Of a DNA stretch of 34,297 bases, positions 25,705-33,133 are shown one piece after another. The translations under genes and the position numbers were made by a program. This DNA is from a virus. How positions within the stretch are numbered: position 1 is the stretch's first letter; every line of letters begins with the position of its first letter. Below the pieces are notes generated by a model. It saw only the letters and a program-made list of their open reading frames with translations, did not search any database and had not been told where the DNA came from. The DNA lies in IMG/VR virus record IMGVR_UViG_3300008012_000010; one strand, written 5' to 3'.

Positions 25705-25885
25705 ATTGCCATATCAAAATGCTGAGGCTTTGAGAGACATTCTCTTGCAGAGTGTTGATCAGATCAAAGCTGATCTTGATGAGTCAAAAGCTCTCAATGA
25801 GCCAAAACTCACTCAATACTTGAAAACAAAACTCAATACAGCTCAAGTGTTGATTCACAATCTTGAGCAATTAACGTATATTTGA
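25691..25885 (+). CDS. Hypothetical protein (about 64 aa from GTG 25691; start uncertain)
   Basis: 3' part of track ORF 25622..25885. The region before 25691 overlaps the preceding gene in another frame. Confidence 0.3.
   Translation: MIKIELPYQNAEALRDILLQSVDQIKADLDESKALNEPKLTQYLKTKLNTAQVLIHNLEQLTYI
25877..25884 (+). promoter_or_regulatory. TAnnTTTG box (tatatttg)
   Basis: Exact motif 8 nt upstream of ATG 25892 and about 190 nt upstream of ssb. Confidence 0.3.
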
Positions 25886-25891
25886 AGTATT

Positions 25892-26065
25892 ATGAATTAC
25901 ATATTTTTAATCATTATGTCATCAATCGCTGGTCATGTGATGTCTTGGCTTTGGGATAAGATGATAAAATATGAGAGCTTTCAAAAGCTCAAAAAAAACA
26001 GATTCAAAGTGAGCTGGTACAAACTAAACAAGACCAGATTTCACTCAGAAAATTCAACCTTGTAA
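25892..26065 (+). CDS. Possible small membrane protein (57 aa; below the track cutoff)
   Basis: Manual translation: MNYIFLIIMSSIAGHVMSWLWDKMIKYESFQKLKKNRFKVSWYKLNKTRFHSENSTL. N-terminal TM segment. Fills the gap before ssb. Confidence 0.4.
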   Translation: MNYIFLIIMSSIAGHVMSWLWDKMIKYESFQKLKKNRFKVSWYKLNKTRFHSENSTL

Positions 26066-26075
26066 ATTTTTAACC

Positions 26076-26471
26076 ATGAATAAAGTCATTTTAATGGGCA
26101 GACTCGGAGCTGACCCAGAGTTCAAAACTCTAAACAGTGGCACAGAGATGTGCAAATTTTCACTTGCAACTCGCAAAAACAAAGATGAAACTGACTGGCA
26201 CAGATGTGTGGTCTTTGGCAAAGCTGCTGAGATAGTTGATAAGTATGTCAAAAAAGGTGATCAACTGCTTGTTGAGGGTCGCATTGAATATGGTTCTTAT
26301 GAGAACAATGATGGTGACACTGTCTACACAACAGACATCATCTCTTACAATGTTGACTTGATTGCATCACCAAAGCAAGACAGCAATGATGAGCCACAAG
26401 CAAAAGCAAAGAGAGCTGCTAAAAAGCCAGCAAGAAAGTCTGCACCAGCAGATGATGATTTTGATTTGTAG
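26076..26471 (+). CDS. ssb: Single-stranded DNA-binding protein (131 aa)
   Basis: MNKVILMGRLGADPEFK...WHRCVVFGKAAE...KGDQLLVEGRI is an OB-fold SSB signature. Acidic C-terminal tail DDDFDL. Confidence 0.9.
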   Translation: MNKVILMGRLGADPEFKTLNSGTEMCKFSLATRKNKDETDWHRCVVFGKAAEIVDKYVKKGDQLLVEGRIEYGSYENNDGDTVYTTDIISYNVDLIASPKQDSNDEPQAKAKRAAKKPARKSAPADDDFDL

Positions 26472-26492
26472 TCATTAATTTTTTTCAACCAA

Positions 26493-26526
26493 AGTGGCTC
26501 AAGAAAATAGAGAGGCTTGAGCCACT
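26493..26526 (+). terminator. Strong stem-loop after ssb (terminator or attenuator-like; no U-tract)
   Basis: Perfect 11-bp stem agtggctcaag / cttgagccact with a 12-nt loop. Confidence 0.5.
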
Positions 26527-26543
26527 TATCTCAAAACAAAACC

Positions 26544-26714
26544 ATGACAATCAAAGAGCAGATTGACAGAAATATAAAAGTGCAAGGCAGAAAGTTTACT
26601 TGGCTTTCTGGGCAACTGGGCATGAGTAGAAGGTTGCTATATTACAGAATGGAGTTCAACAACTGGACTCAGAAAGAGCTTGACAAATTGAAAGAGCTGA
26701 AATTCATCTCATGA
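26544..26714 (+). CDS. Small putative DNA-binding protein (56 aa)
   Basis: First ATG within track ORF 26517..26714; the track's TTG start lies inside the hairpin. FTWLSGQLGMSRRLLYYRM resembles a helix-turn-helix. ATGA overlap with the helicase gene. Confidence 0.45.
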   Translation: MTIKEQIDRNIKVQGRKFTWLSGQLGMSRRLLYYRMEFNNWTQKELDKLKELKFIS

Positions 26715-28144
26715 TCAAGCTCAGAGATTACCAACAAGATGCAATCTCAGCATTGCAAGATGTCATCAGAGCTGGCAAGAAAAGACCAATCATGACATTG
26801 CCAACTGGAGCTGGCAAAGGTCGCATCATTGCAGCGATTGCTCACAGTTCACTCAGCAAAAACAGAAAAGTTCTCATCACAGCACACAGAGCTGAGATTC
26901 TTGATCAACTGATTGACAATCTCAATGACCTTGGAGCTGATTTCACAAATCTTGAGTTGATCACTGTGCAGACAATGGTGAGATCACCACACAAGATTCC
27001 AAGCTTTGACTTGTGCATCATTGATGAGGCTCACATTGGAAATTTCAGAAAGTTCATGGAGCTTTCAGATCCAAAGAGAGAGAAATATTTCATTGGCGTG
27101 ACAGCAACTCCAATGGCTGCATCAAAAAAGAAACCATTGTGGCAGACATTTGATGATGTATCACAGACCATCTCAATCAATGACTTGATTGGCTTGGGCT
27201 ATCTATCAAAACCAACATATCACATTGCAAAAGTTGACACCAGCTCACTTGTCAAAGACTCAACTGGTGACTTTTCAAATAGCTCACAAAATGATCTCTT
27301 CAATCAGACAACACTCTTGCACTCAATTGATGATGCATGGCTGAGGAGAGTTGGCAAGACAGTGATTTTCACACCAAACAATGAAATGACTGAGCAAGTT
27401 GCTCAGAGATTCAACATTCCATTTGTACACTCAAACATCTCAAAACAAGAGAGAGATGACAGGATTGATCATTTCAAAAATGATGGTCAAGCAATTGTCA
27501 ACACTGGCATTCTCACAACTGGCTTTGATGCACCGATGATTGAAACTGTCATAATTTACAGAGCAACCACATCATTGCCATTGTTCTTGCAGATGTGTGG
27601 CAGAGGCTCAAGAGTTGTCAATGGTCAAAAACACAAATTTCACATTGTTGATCTTGGTGGTAATGTTGAGAGACTTCAACTCTGGCATCAAGAGCATGAC
27701 TGGCAACACATCATGATGACTCAAGGCAGAAAGATCACTGATGGTGTTGCTCCAGTGAAAGAGTGTCCAAAATGTGGATATTTGAATCACACAACTGCAA
27801 AAGTGTGCAAAGCATTTGACTGCACATACATCTTTCCAGAGCCAAAGAAAGAGAAACTCAAAGCAACCACATGGCAGACATTCAAATATGGTGATCAGAT
27901 GCCAACTGAGCTGAGAAAGCCAGTCAATGAGATGACTGCTGATGAGCTGCTTGCAAGAGCTGCACTTGGATCAAAACAACATGGCAAGTCTTATTCAATC
28001 TCATGGGTTGTGTATCAAGTTGGTCAGATGTCAGCAGACAGATGGTTGCCAATGCTGCACAAAATTGCAAAAATCAAAGGATACAAGAAAGGATGGGTGA
28101 TGTGGTCACTTGGCAAGATTAGATCACAAAACAAATTGAATTGA
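26711..28144 (+). CDS. SF2 DNA helicase (DEAD/DEAH box, 477 aa) with a C-terminal zinc ribbon
   Basis: Motif I LPTGAGKG, motif II IIDEAH, motif III VTATP and motif VI QMCGRGSR, plus CPKCGYLNHTTAKVCKAFDC. Confidence 0.85.
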   Translation: MIKLRDYQQDAISALQDVIRAGKKRPIMTLPTGAGKGRIIAAIAHSSLSKNRKVLITAHRAEILDQLIDNLNDLGADFTNLELITVQTMVRSPHKIPSFDLCIIDEAHIGNFRKFMELSDPKREKYFIGVTATPMAASKKKPLWQTFDDVSQTISINDLIGLGYLSKPTYHIAKVDTSSLVKDSTGDFSNSSQNDLFNQTTLLHSIDDAWLRRVGKTVIFTPNNEMTEQVAQRFNIPFVHSNISKQERDDRIDHFKNDGQAIVNTGILTTGFDAPMIETVIIYRATTSLPLFLQMCGRGSRVVNGQKHKFHIVDLGGNVERLQLWHQEHDWQHIMMTQGRKITDGVAPVKECPKCGYLNHTTAKVCKAFDCTYIFPEPKKEKLKATTWQTFKYGDQMPTELRKPVNEMTADELLARAALGSKQHGKSYSISWVVYQVGQMSADRWLPMLHKIAKIKGYKKGWVMWSLGKIRSQNKLN

Positions 28145-28145
28145 T

Positions 28146-28841
28146 ATGTGGAGTTATTATGGCAGCAAAAGCAAAATCATTGATTTATATCCACCACCAA
28201 AACATCAAACACTGATTGAGCCATTTGCTGGATCAGCAAGGTATGCATTGAAATATTTTGACAGAGATGTGATTCTTGTTGACAAATATGATGTGATTAT
28301 CAAGCTGTGGCAATGGCTGCAACAATGTTCTGAGAATGATATTTTGAACTTGCCAAGATTAAAGAAAGGAGATGACATCAGAAAAATGAATTTATCTGAT
28401 CAAGAATTTTCTTTTTTATCTTTTGCTTGTAGTGCTGGTAGTTCAACTCCAAGATATTCAGTGAGCAGATTTGGTCAACAAAATGCTAAAAGTTTATACA
28501 GAAATGTATCAAAAAATCTGTTTAAAATAAAACATTGGACAATCATTCATGGCTCATATCAAGATTTAGAGAATCAACAAGCAACTTGGTTCATTGATCC
28601 ACCATATCAATTTGGTGGTCATGAATACAAAGAAAGCAACAAAAAAATTGATTTTCAAGAATTGGCTCAATGGTGTCAATCAAGAAATGGGCAAGTGATT
28701 GTCTGTGAAAATACAAAAGCTGACTGGCTTGATTTCAGACCAATAAAAGACTTTATTGGTACACAGAAACTGAAAACAACAGAGGCAATCTGGAGCAACT
28801 TGCCAACAAACTATGATTTTGAACAAACAAAACTTTTTTGA
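28146..28841 (+). CDS. DNA N6-adenine methyltransferase, Dam (D12) class (231 aa)
   Basis: N-terminal YYGSKSKII...LIEPFAGSARYAL (SAM binding) and the catalytic FIDPPYQFGG (DPPY). Confidence 0.85.
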   Translation: MWSYYGSKSKIIDLYPPPKHQTLIEPFAGSARYALKYFDRDVILVDKYDVIIKLWQWLQQCSENDILNLPRLKKGDDIRKMNLSDQEFSFLSFACSAGSSTPRYSVSRFGQQNAKSLYRNVSKNLFKIKHWTIIHGSYQDLENQQATWFIDPPYQFGGHEYKESNKKIDFQELAQWCQSRNGQVIVCENTKADWLDFRPIKDFIGTQKLKTTEAIWSNLPTNYDFEQTKLF

Positions 28842-29161
28842 TGATTTACAAAAACACAATCAAGCAACTCACTGAGATGAGATATCAAGCAAAGCTGACT
28901 CAGCAACAACTGGCTGATCAACTCAATATCACATGGACAACTCTCTCAGCTTATGAGAATTTTCACAAAACACCAAAAGCTGATCTTTTCATCAATTGGT
29001 GTCATGCTCTTGGGTTTAGTGTGACAATTAAAGATGATTTACAAATGTGTACTGGATGTGGTCATCTGAGTGATGAGCCAATCAAATCATCAGCTCTTGC
29101 TTGTTTTCCAGATAGCAACTACTTATCAACAAAAGAGCCAGCTTTCACTGGCTCTCTATAA
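28841..29161 (+). CDS. XRE/Cro-type helix-turn-helix transcriptional regulator (106 aa)
   Basis: ATG 28841 overlaps the upstream TGA. LTEMRYQAKLTQQQLADQLNITWTTLSAYENFHKTP is an HTH_3 pattern. Confidence 0.65.
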   Translation: MIYKNTIKQLTEMRYQAKLTQQQLADQLNITWTTLSAYENFHKTPKADLFINWCHALGFSVTIKDDLQMCTGCGHLSDEPIKSSALACFPDSNYLSTKEPAFTGSL

Positions 29162-29187
29162 ATTAGCAAAAGCAAAACAAAACACAC

Positions 29188-31440
29188 ATGAGCAAATATA
29201 CAATTTCAGAGTGCAAAACATTGATTGAAAACAACATCTCTGTTGTTGTTGCTGATCAATACAAAAAGCCATTGTGGTCAGCATGGCAATCAAAACAAAT
29301 CACTTTCTCACAATTCTCAAGATACTACAACAAAGCTGATGCAAAGATCACTGGCATTGTCTGCACCAACAACATTGAGTGCATTGATGTTGATCTCAAG
29401 ATATTACCAGAGAGCAAAAGAGACTCTGAGTTCAAAAAGATGATCACATTCTTTGCTGATCAAATTGATGACTTTCACAAGAAATTCTTTGTTCAACGTA
29501 CACCATCCAAAGGATTTCATATTGTTTACAAATGCAAATTCACAGAGAGCAACAAAAAGATTGCTTTTGTTGAAACAGAGTCAGACAAGTTTGAATGTCT
29601 GATTGAGACTCGTGGCTCTGGTGGCTACTTTGGCATATACAAGAATCTGAACATTTTTGGCTCTGCTTTCAACATTCCAGAGATCACAACTCATGAGAGA
29701 GATATCATCATGCATTGTTGTGAGTCATTCAATGAAAAACTGGCACATGAGAAAGTCTCAAAAAAAGCCATCAAAGAACACTCACAATCAACTGTCACAC
29801 CTTGGGATGACTATGACAGCAAGACTGATGTTTTTGAAGTAGTACAGAGCATCTTTGATGTTGTTGGCAAGACTCCAAAAGGATATCAAATCAAGAGAAT
29901 TGGTGGATCAAAGTCATCACATCACTCTGGATATATTTACACAGACAGAAATATCATGTTCTTGTTTTCTGGCAACTCGATATTTCCAGCAGAGATTGGA
30001 CTTTCACCATCAGCTTGTCTTGCTCACAGAGATTTCAATGGTGACTTTGCTGAGTGTGCCAAGTATCTCTATGATCAAGGCTATGGTGACAGAAAACCAA
30101 CAACAGAGATTGAACAAGTTGAGATGCCATCATCTGATGGATTTCTTGTTGAGATATTTCCTCAGCCAGCGATCAAGTACATCAATGCTGTTCACAAGGA
30201 GTCTGGATTACCAGTTGACTTTCTTGCCTCAGCAATTCTCTTTGTTTATTCAGTCATCTGTGGCACAACATTTGGCATCAGAACAATCTTTGGTGGTGTG
30301 CAATTTCCAGCAATCTGGATTTGCTTAATCACTGGCACTGGCAGATTCAAGTCACCAGCAATCAAGAGAGCCATCTTGCCATTGATTGAAATTGAAGAGC
30401 GAATGCACAAGACATTCATCAATGAGATGAGAAAGTACAAGCAAGCTCAAGAGAATCAAAAGAAAGGTCAGAAAACTGCTGAGGATGCAGAGCCAATTGA
30501 TCATATCATCTATGTTGAGAATACAACATTTGAAGCTCTTGCAGATGACTTGCAGAATAATGAGCATGGTGTTGGCTATATCAAAGACGAGCTGAAAGGC
30601 ATGATGACTCAGTTCAACAAATACAGTGGAGGTGACAATGATATGTCTCAATGGCTTGAGATTTGGAATGGTGGTGCATTAAAGCTCAGACGAAAGCAAG
30701 CCAAGAAAGCAAGAATCAGCAATGTGTATGTGCCATTAATTGGCGGCATTCAACCAGACATCATTCACTCAATCATTGATGATGAGAACAAGTCATCTGG
30801 CTTTGTTGATCGTTTTCTCTTTGTGTCCAATTATGATGAGATGCCAATGCTCAATGACTTTGAGATGAGCAACCACATTGAAAGACAATACATCAATCAC
30901 ATGATCAAAGGATTTGAAACAATGACAAAGCTCAAGAGAAACTCAATCATGTACTTGAATGATGATGCAAAAGATGAGATCAGAGAGTTTTGCAATCAAG
31001 CAAGAACAAACATGAATGCTGGTGACATGATTGGCTTTGATGGAATGTTTGCCAAGTCTCAAGCATACATTCACAGACTCACAGCTCTTTGCCATCTGAT
31101 GCATGAGATGCATGATCATCAAGGTGGTCAAGTCTCAGCTCATGTTGATGTGACATCAGTTCAGAGAGCAAAGCTGATCATGAACTTTTTTGAGCAACAT
31201 GGCATTCACACTCGGAAAAAGCAGAGTGTTGATCTTGAAAAGATGCAGACATTGAAGTATCTCAAGATGAAAGGTGCAACAACTAAAAAACAGCAAGCAA
31301 TTGAGCTTTTCAAGAAATACAATGGATCAATCAAGTATGATGAGATTGCTCAGTTGGTTGGATACAATAGCAAACAGGCAGTTGAATATCATCTCAAGAA
31401 AGACAATGCTTGTGTGAAGTTGATGAAATCAAGAAAATAA
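29188..31440 (+). CDS. Primase-polymerase / helicase-like replication protein (750 aa)
   Basis: N-terminal prim-pol features (IECIDVDLK DxD, TPSKGFHIVYKC). The C-terminal half has a P-loop-like LITGTGRFKSPA and resembles DUF3987/D5-type primase-associated domains. Adjacent to the iteron region. Confidence 0.7.
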   Translation: MSKYTISECKTLIENNISVVVADQYKKPLWSAWQSKQITFSQFSRYYNKADAKITGIVCTNNIECIDVDLKILPESKRDSEFKKMITFFADQIDDFHKKFFVQRTPSKGFHIVYKCKFTESNKKIAFVETESDKFECLIETRGSGGYFGIYKNLNIFGSAFNIPEITTHERDIIMHCCESFNEKLAHEKVSKKAIKEHSQSTVTPWDDYDSKTDVFEVVQSIFDVVGKTPKGYQIKRIGGSKSSHHSGYIYTDRNIMFLFSGNSIFPAEIGLSPSACLAHRDFNGDFAECAKYLYDQGYGDRKPTTEIEQVEMPSSDGFLVEIFPQPAIKYINAVHKESGLPVDFLASAILFVYSVICGTTFGIRTIFGGVQFPAIWICLITGTGRFKSPAIKRAILPLIEIEERMHKTFINEMRKYKQAQENQKKGQKTAEDAEPIDHIIYVENTTFEALADDLQNNEHGVGYIKDELKGMMTQFNKYSGGDNDMSQWLEIWNGGALKLRRKQAKKARISNVYVPLIGGIQPDIIHSIIDDENKSSGFVDRFLFVSNYDEMPMLNDFEMSNHIERQYINHMIKGFETMTKLKRNSIMYLNDDAKDEIREFCNQARTNMNAGDMIGFDGMFAKSQAYIHRLTALCHLMHEMHDHQGGQVSAHVDVTSVQRAKLIMNFFEQHGIHTRKKQSVDLEKMQTLKYLKMKGATTKKQQAIELFKKYNGSIKYDEIAQLVGYNSKQAVEYHLKKDNACVKLMKSRK

Positions 31441-31711
31441 AAAATGGTCAAAAAAGTCAAAGAAAGTCAAAGCAAAGTCAAGGTGCAACACATTGACAGT
31501 CAGTTACTTAATACTAAATTTTGACTTTTTGACCAGTTTCTTTGTAAGTAAGAAAAAAAATGATGATAGTGTATAGAAAAATGTACACTAAATAAATGAA
31601 ATAGTAAAAAATAAAGAAAAAGTCAAAATATATATATATATACTTAATAATCAATAACTTACACCTTGACTTTCTAAAGTCAAAATTTGTCAAAAAGTCA
31701 AAAAGTAAAAA
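31441..31711. other. Putative origin of replication: 12 GTCAA/TTGAC iterons flanking an AT-rich core with an (AT)7 tract
   Basis: GTCAA at 31447, 31456, 31466, 31477, 31622, 31679, 31689 and 31697. TTGAC at 31493, 31521, 31529 and 31666. Alternating AT at 31628-31642. Largest non-coding gap in the genome, directly after the primase gene. Confidence 0.6.
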
Positions 31712-32056
31712 ATGACCAAACACGATCAACTGCAATCTCAATGTTTCATATGGTTTCACAACAATCACTCTGATGTGCGTGGATTGATGTGGGCAAATGA
31801 TAACTCACCAAGAAACAAAAGAGATGGAGCAAAGAGAAAAGCCATTGGCATGATAGCTGGTGTATTTGATCTGTTGTTTTATCATCATGGCTCTCTCTAT
31901 GCATTTGATATCAAAGTTGGCTTTGATAAATTGAGCAAGAAACAACTCACTTGGAAAAAACTCATTGAGATGCATGGTGGCAAATGCTATGAGATCAGAT
32001 CACTCAGCCAGTTTCAAATGCTCATTAATGGAGTGCTAAACAAAGAAAAGCAATGA
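31712..32056 (+). CDS. VRR-NUC domain nuclease (114 aa)
   Basis: GMIAGVFDLLFYHHGSLYAFDIKVGFDKLSKKQLTWKKLIEMHGGKCYEIRSL matches the VRR-NUC pattern (G.PD...E.K...L...Q..W). Confidence 0.7.
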   Translation: MTKHDQLQSQCFIWFHNNHSDVRGLMWANDNSPRNKRDGAKRKAIGMIAGVFDLLFYHHGSLYAFDIKVGFDKLSKKQLTWKKLIEMHGGKCYEIRSLSQFQMLINGVLNKEKQ

Positions 32057-32197
32057 TTGCTTGTTTTGCACACTTTGCAGATTGCTCACTGCTCTCAAAT
32101 ACTTTTTTGATGTGTTTGATGCTGAGATTGATTTGATGCTCTTAAAACGCACGGATGACACTAAACAAAATTTGATTGTGTTAAAAATATATATAAA

Positions 32198-32533
32198 ATG
32201 AAAAGACTTGAAGAACTCAAGCAGCATCGCAAAAACTCAAGAAATATTCAAGTGATTGAACAACTTTGCTTGAATTTCTCAAGAAACATAATCATCAAGA
32301 ATGAATTTATCAATTTGCTCAGAACAAAGCAGATGGTTGGTGGCAAAGCATTCTCTGATGACAGACTTGTGATTGCTCAATACTTTTGGCACAACAAGAG
32401 ATGGAACATCAGCAGAACATGGTATTTTCAAAAGCATGAGCTGATGACTGGATCATCACAAGAACAATTCAACAAGCTCATTGACTTGATTTCACACAGA
32501 TATGCAAGTCTTGAGTTTACAGATGTGCATTGA
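32198..32533 (+). CDS. Hypothetical protein (111 aa)
   Basis: Track ORF after a 140-nt gap. Confidence 0.5.
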   Translation: MKRLEELKQHRKNSRNIQVIEQLCLNFSRNIIIKNEFINLLRTKQMVGGKAFSDDRLVIAQYFWHNKRWNISRTWYFQKHELMTGSSQEQFNKLIDLISHRYASLEFTDVH

Positions 32534-32540
32534 TTTTTTA

Positions 32541-32548
32541 TATATTTG
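32541..32548 (+). promoter_or_regulatory. TAnnTTTG box (tatatttg) within ttttttatatatttg
   Basis: Exact motif 6 nt upstream of ATG 32554. Confidence 0.35.
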
Positions 32549-32553
32549 CAAAC

Positions 32554-32751
32554 ATGACAACAAGACCAATCAAAGATTTTGATGACTATCACATTGATGA
32601 GCTTGGCACTGTGTACAACAGGCATGGCAGACCACTCAAGCATCAAACTTTGTGGAATGGCAAGGCTGGTGTCTTTCTGAGAAAAGAGAGAAAGACATAT
32701 TGCAGAACAGTTGACAAACTTTTAAAAGACAACTTTGATGGCAACAGCTAA
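32554..32751 (+). CDS. Small NUMOD4-like protein (65 aa); possible remnant of an HNH homing endonuclease
   Basis: First ATG within track ORF 32530..32751. IKDFDDYHIDELGTVYNRHGRPLKH...GVFLRKERKTYCRTVDKLLKDNF resembles the N-terminal NUMOD4 region of phage HNH endonucleases, but no HNH catalytic motif follows. Confidence 0.4.
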   Translation: MTTRPIKDFDDYHIDELGTVYNRHGRPLKHQTLWNGKAGVFLRKERKTYCRTVDKLLKDNFDGNS

Positions 32752-33133
32752 AGGCAGACAAAGACTATCAGTGAAAAAGCCATCAGTTGCTCGATTCAAA
32801 GAGATAATCATTCAAGAAAAAGGCAATGTGAAAAACATTGCAAAAGCTCTTGGTGTAGCATACACAACTGTGTATCACTGGGCGAAAGATCACAACTTGA
32901 AAAGCACATTTGCAAAAGCCAGAGAGCTGAAACTTGATGAGCTTGAAGCAGTGGCACATCAGAGAGCAATATCTGGAAAGTCAGATGCTTGTCTCATCTT
33001 TATGCTCAAGACTCAAGGCAAGTCAAGAGGCTATGTTGAAAAGCAAGAGATTGATCACACGATCACTCCACCAACTGCTGTCAACATCATATCAGTTGCT
33101 GCAAACCAAATTGCTGATGACATAAATGGCTGA
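32738..33133 (+). CDS. terS: Terminase small subunit (131 aa)
   Basis: ATG 32738 (the track start at 32735 is TTG). An HTH-like NVKNIAKALGVAYTTVYHWAKDH, then DELEAVAHQRAISGKSDACLIFMLKTQG...GYVEKQEIDH, typical of small terminase subunits. 8-nt overlap with the terL start. Confidence 0.65.
   Translation: MATAKGRQRLSVKKPSVARFKEIIIQEKGNVKNIAKALGVAYTTVYHWAKDHNLKSTFAKARELKLDELEAVAHQRAISGKSDACLIFMLKTQGKSRGYVEKQEIDHTITPPTAVNIISVAANQIADDING

Noticed and set aside
28841-29161. XRE-type HTH taken as evidence of a lysogeny module or prophage
   Set aside because: No integrase, excisionase, attachment site or divergent repressor/cro arrangement is present, and the gene sits within the unidirectional replication operon.
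29855-30328. Alternative-frame + strand ORFs, for example 29855..30328 (157 aa), 327..611, 15224..15469, 19808..20098 and 17058..17306
   Set aside because: They lie wholly inside longer genes that have recognisable motifs. Their translations are low-complexity (Gln/Leu/Ser/His-rich), consistent with chance open frames.
31441-31711. Short repeats considered as a CRISPR array
   Set aside because: The repeat unit is only about 9-10 nt, occurs in both orientations, has no spacer-sized intervals, and there are no cas genes. Iterons fit better.
31514-31768. 84-aa minus-strand ORF across the large intergenic region
   Set aside because: The translation (…KYIYIYFDFFFIFYYFIYLVYIFLYTIIIFF…) is an artefact of the AT-rich, (AT)n-containing origin-like region.
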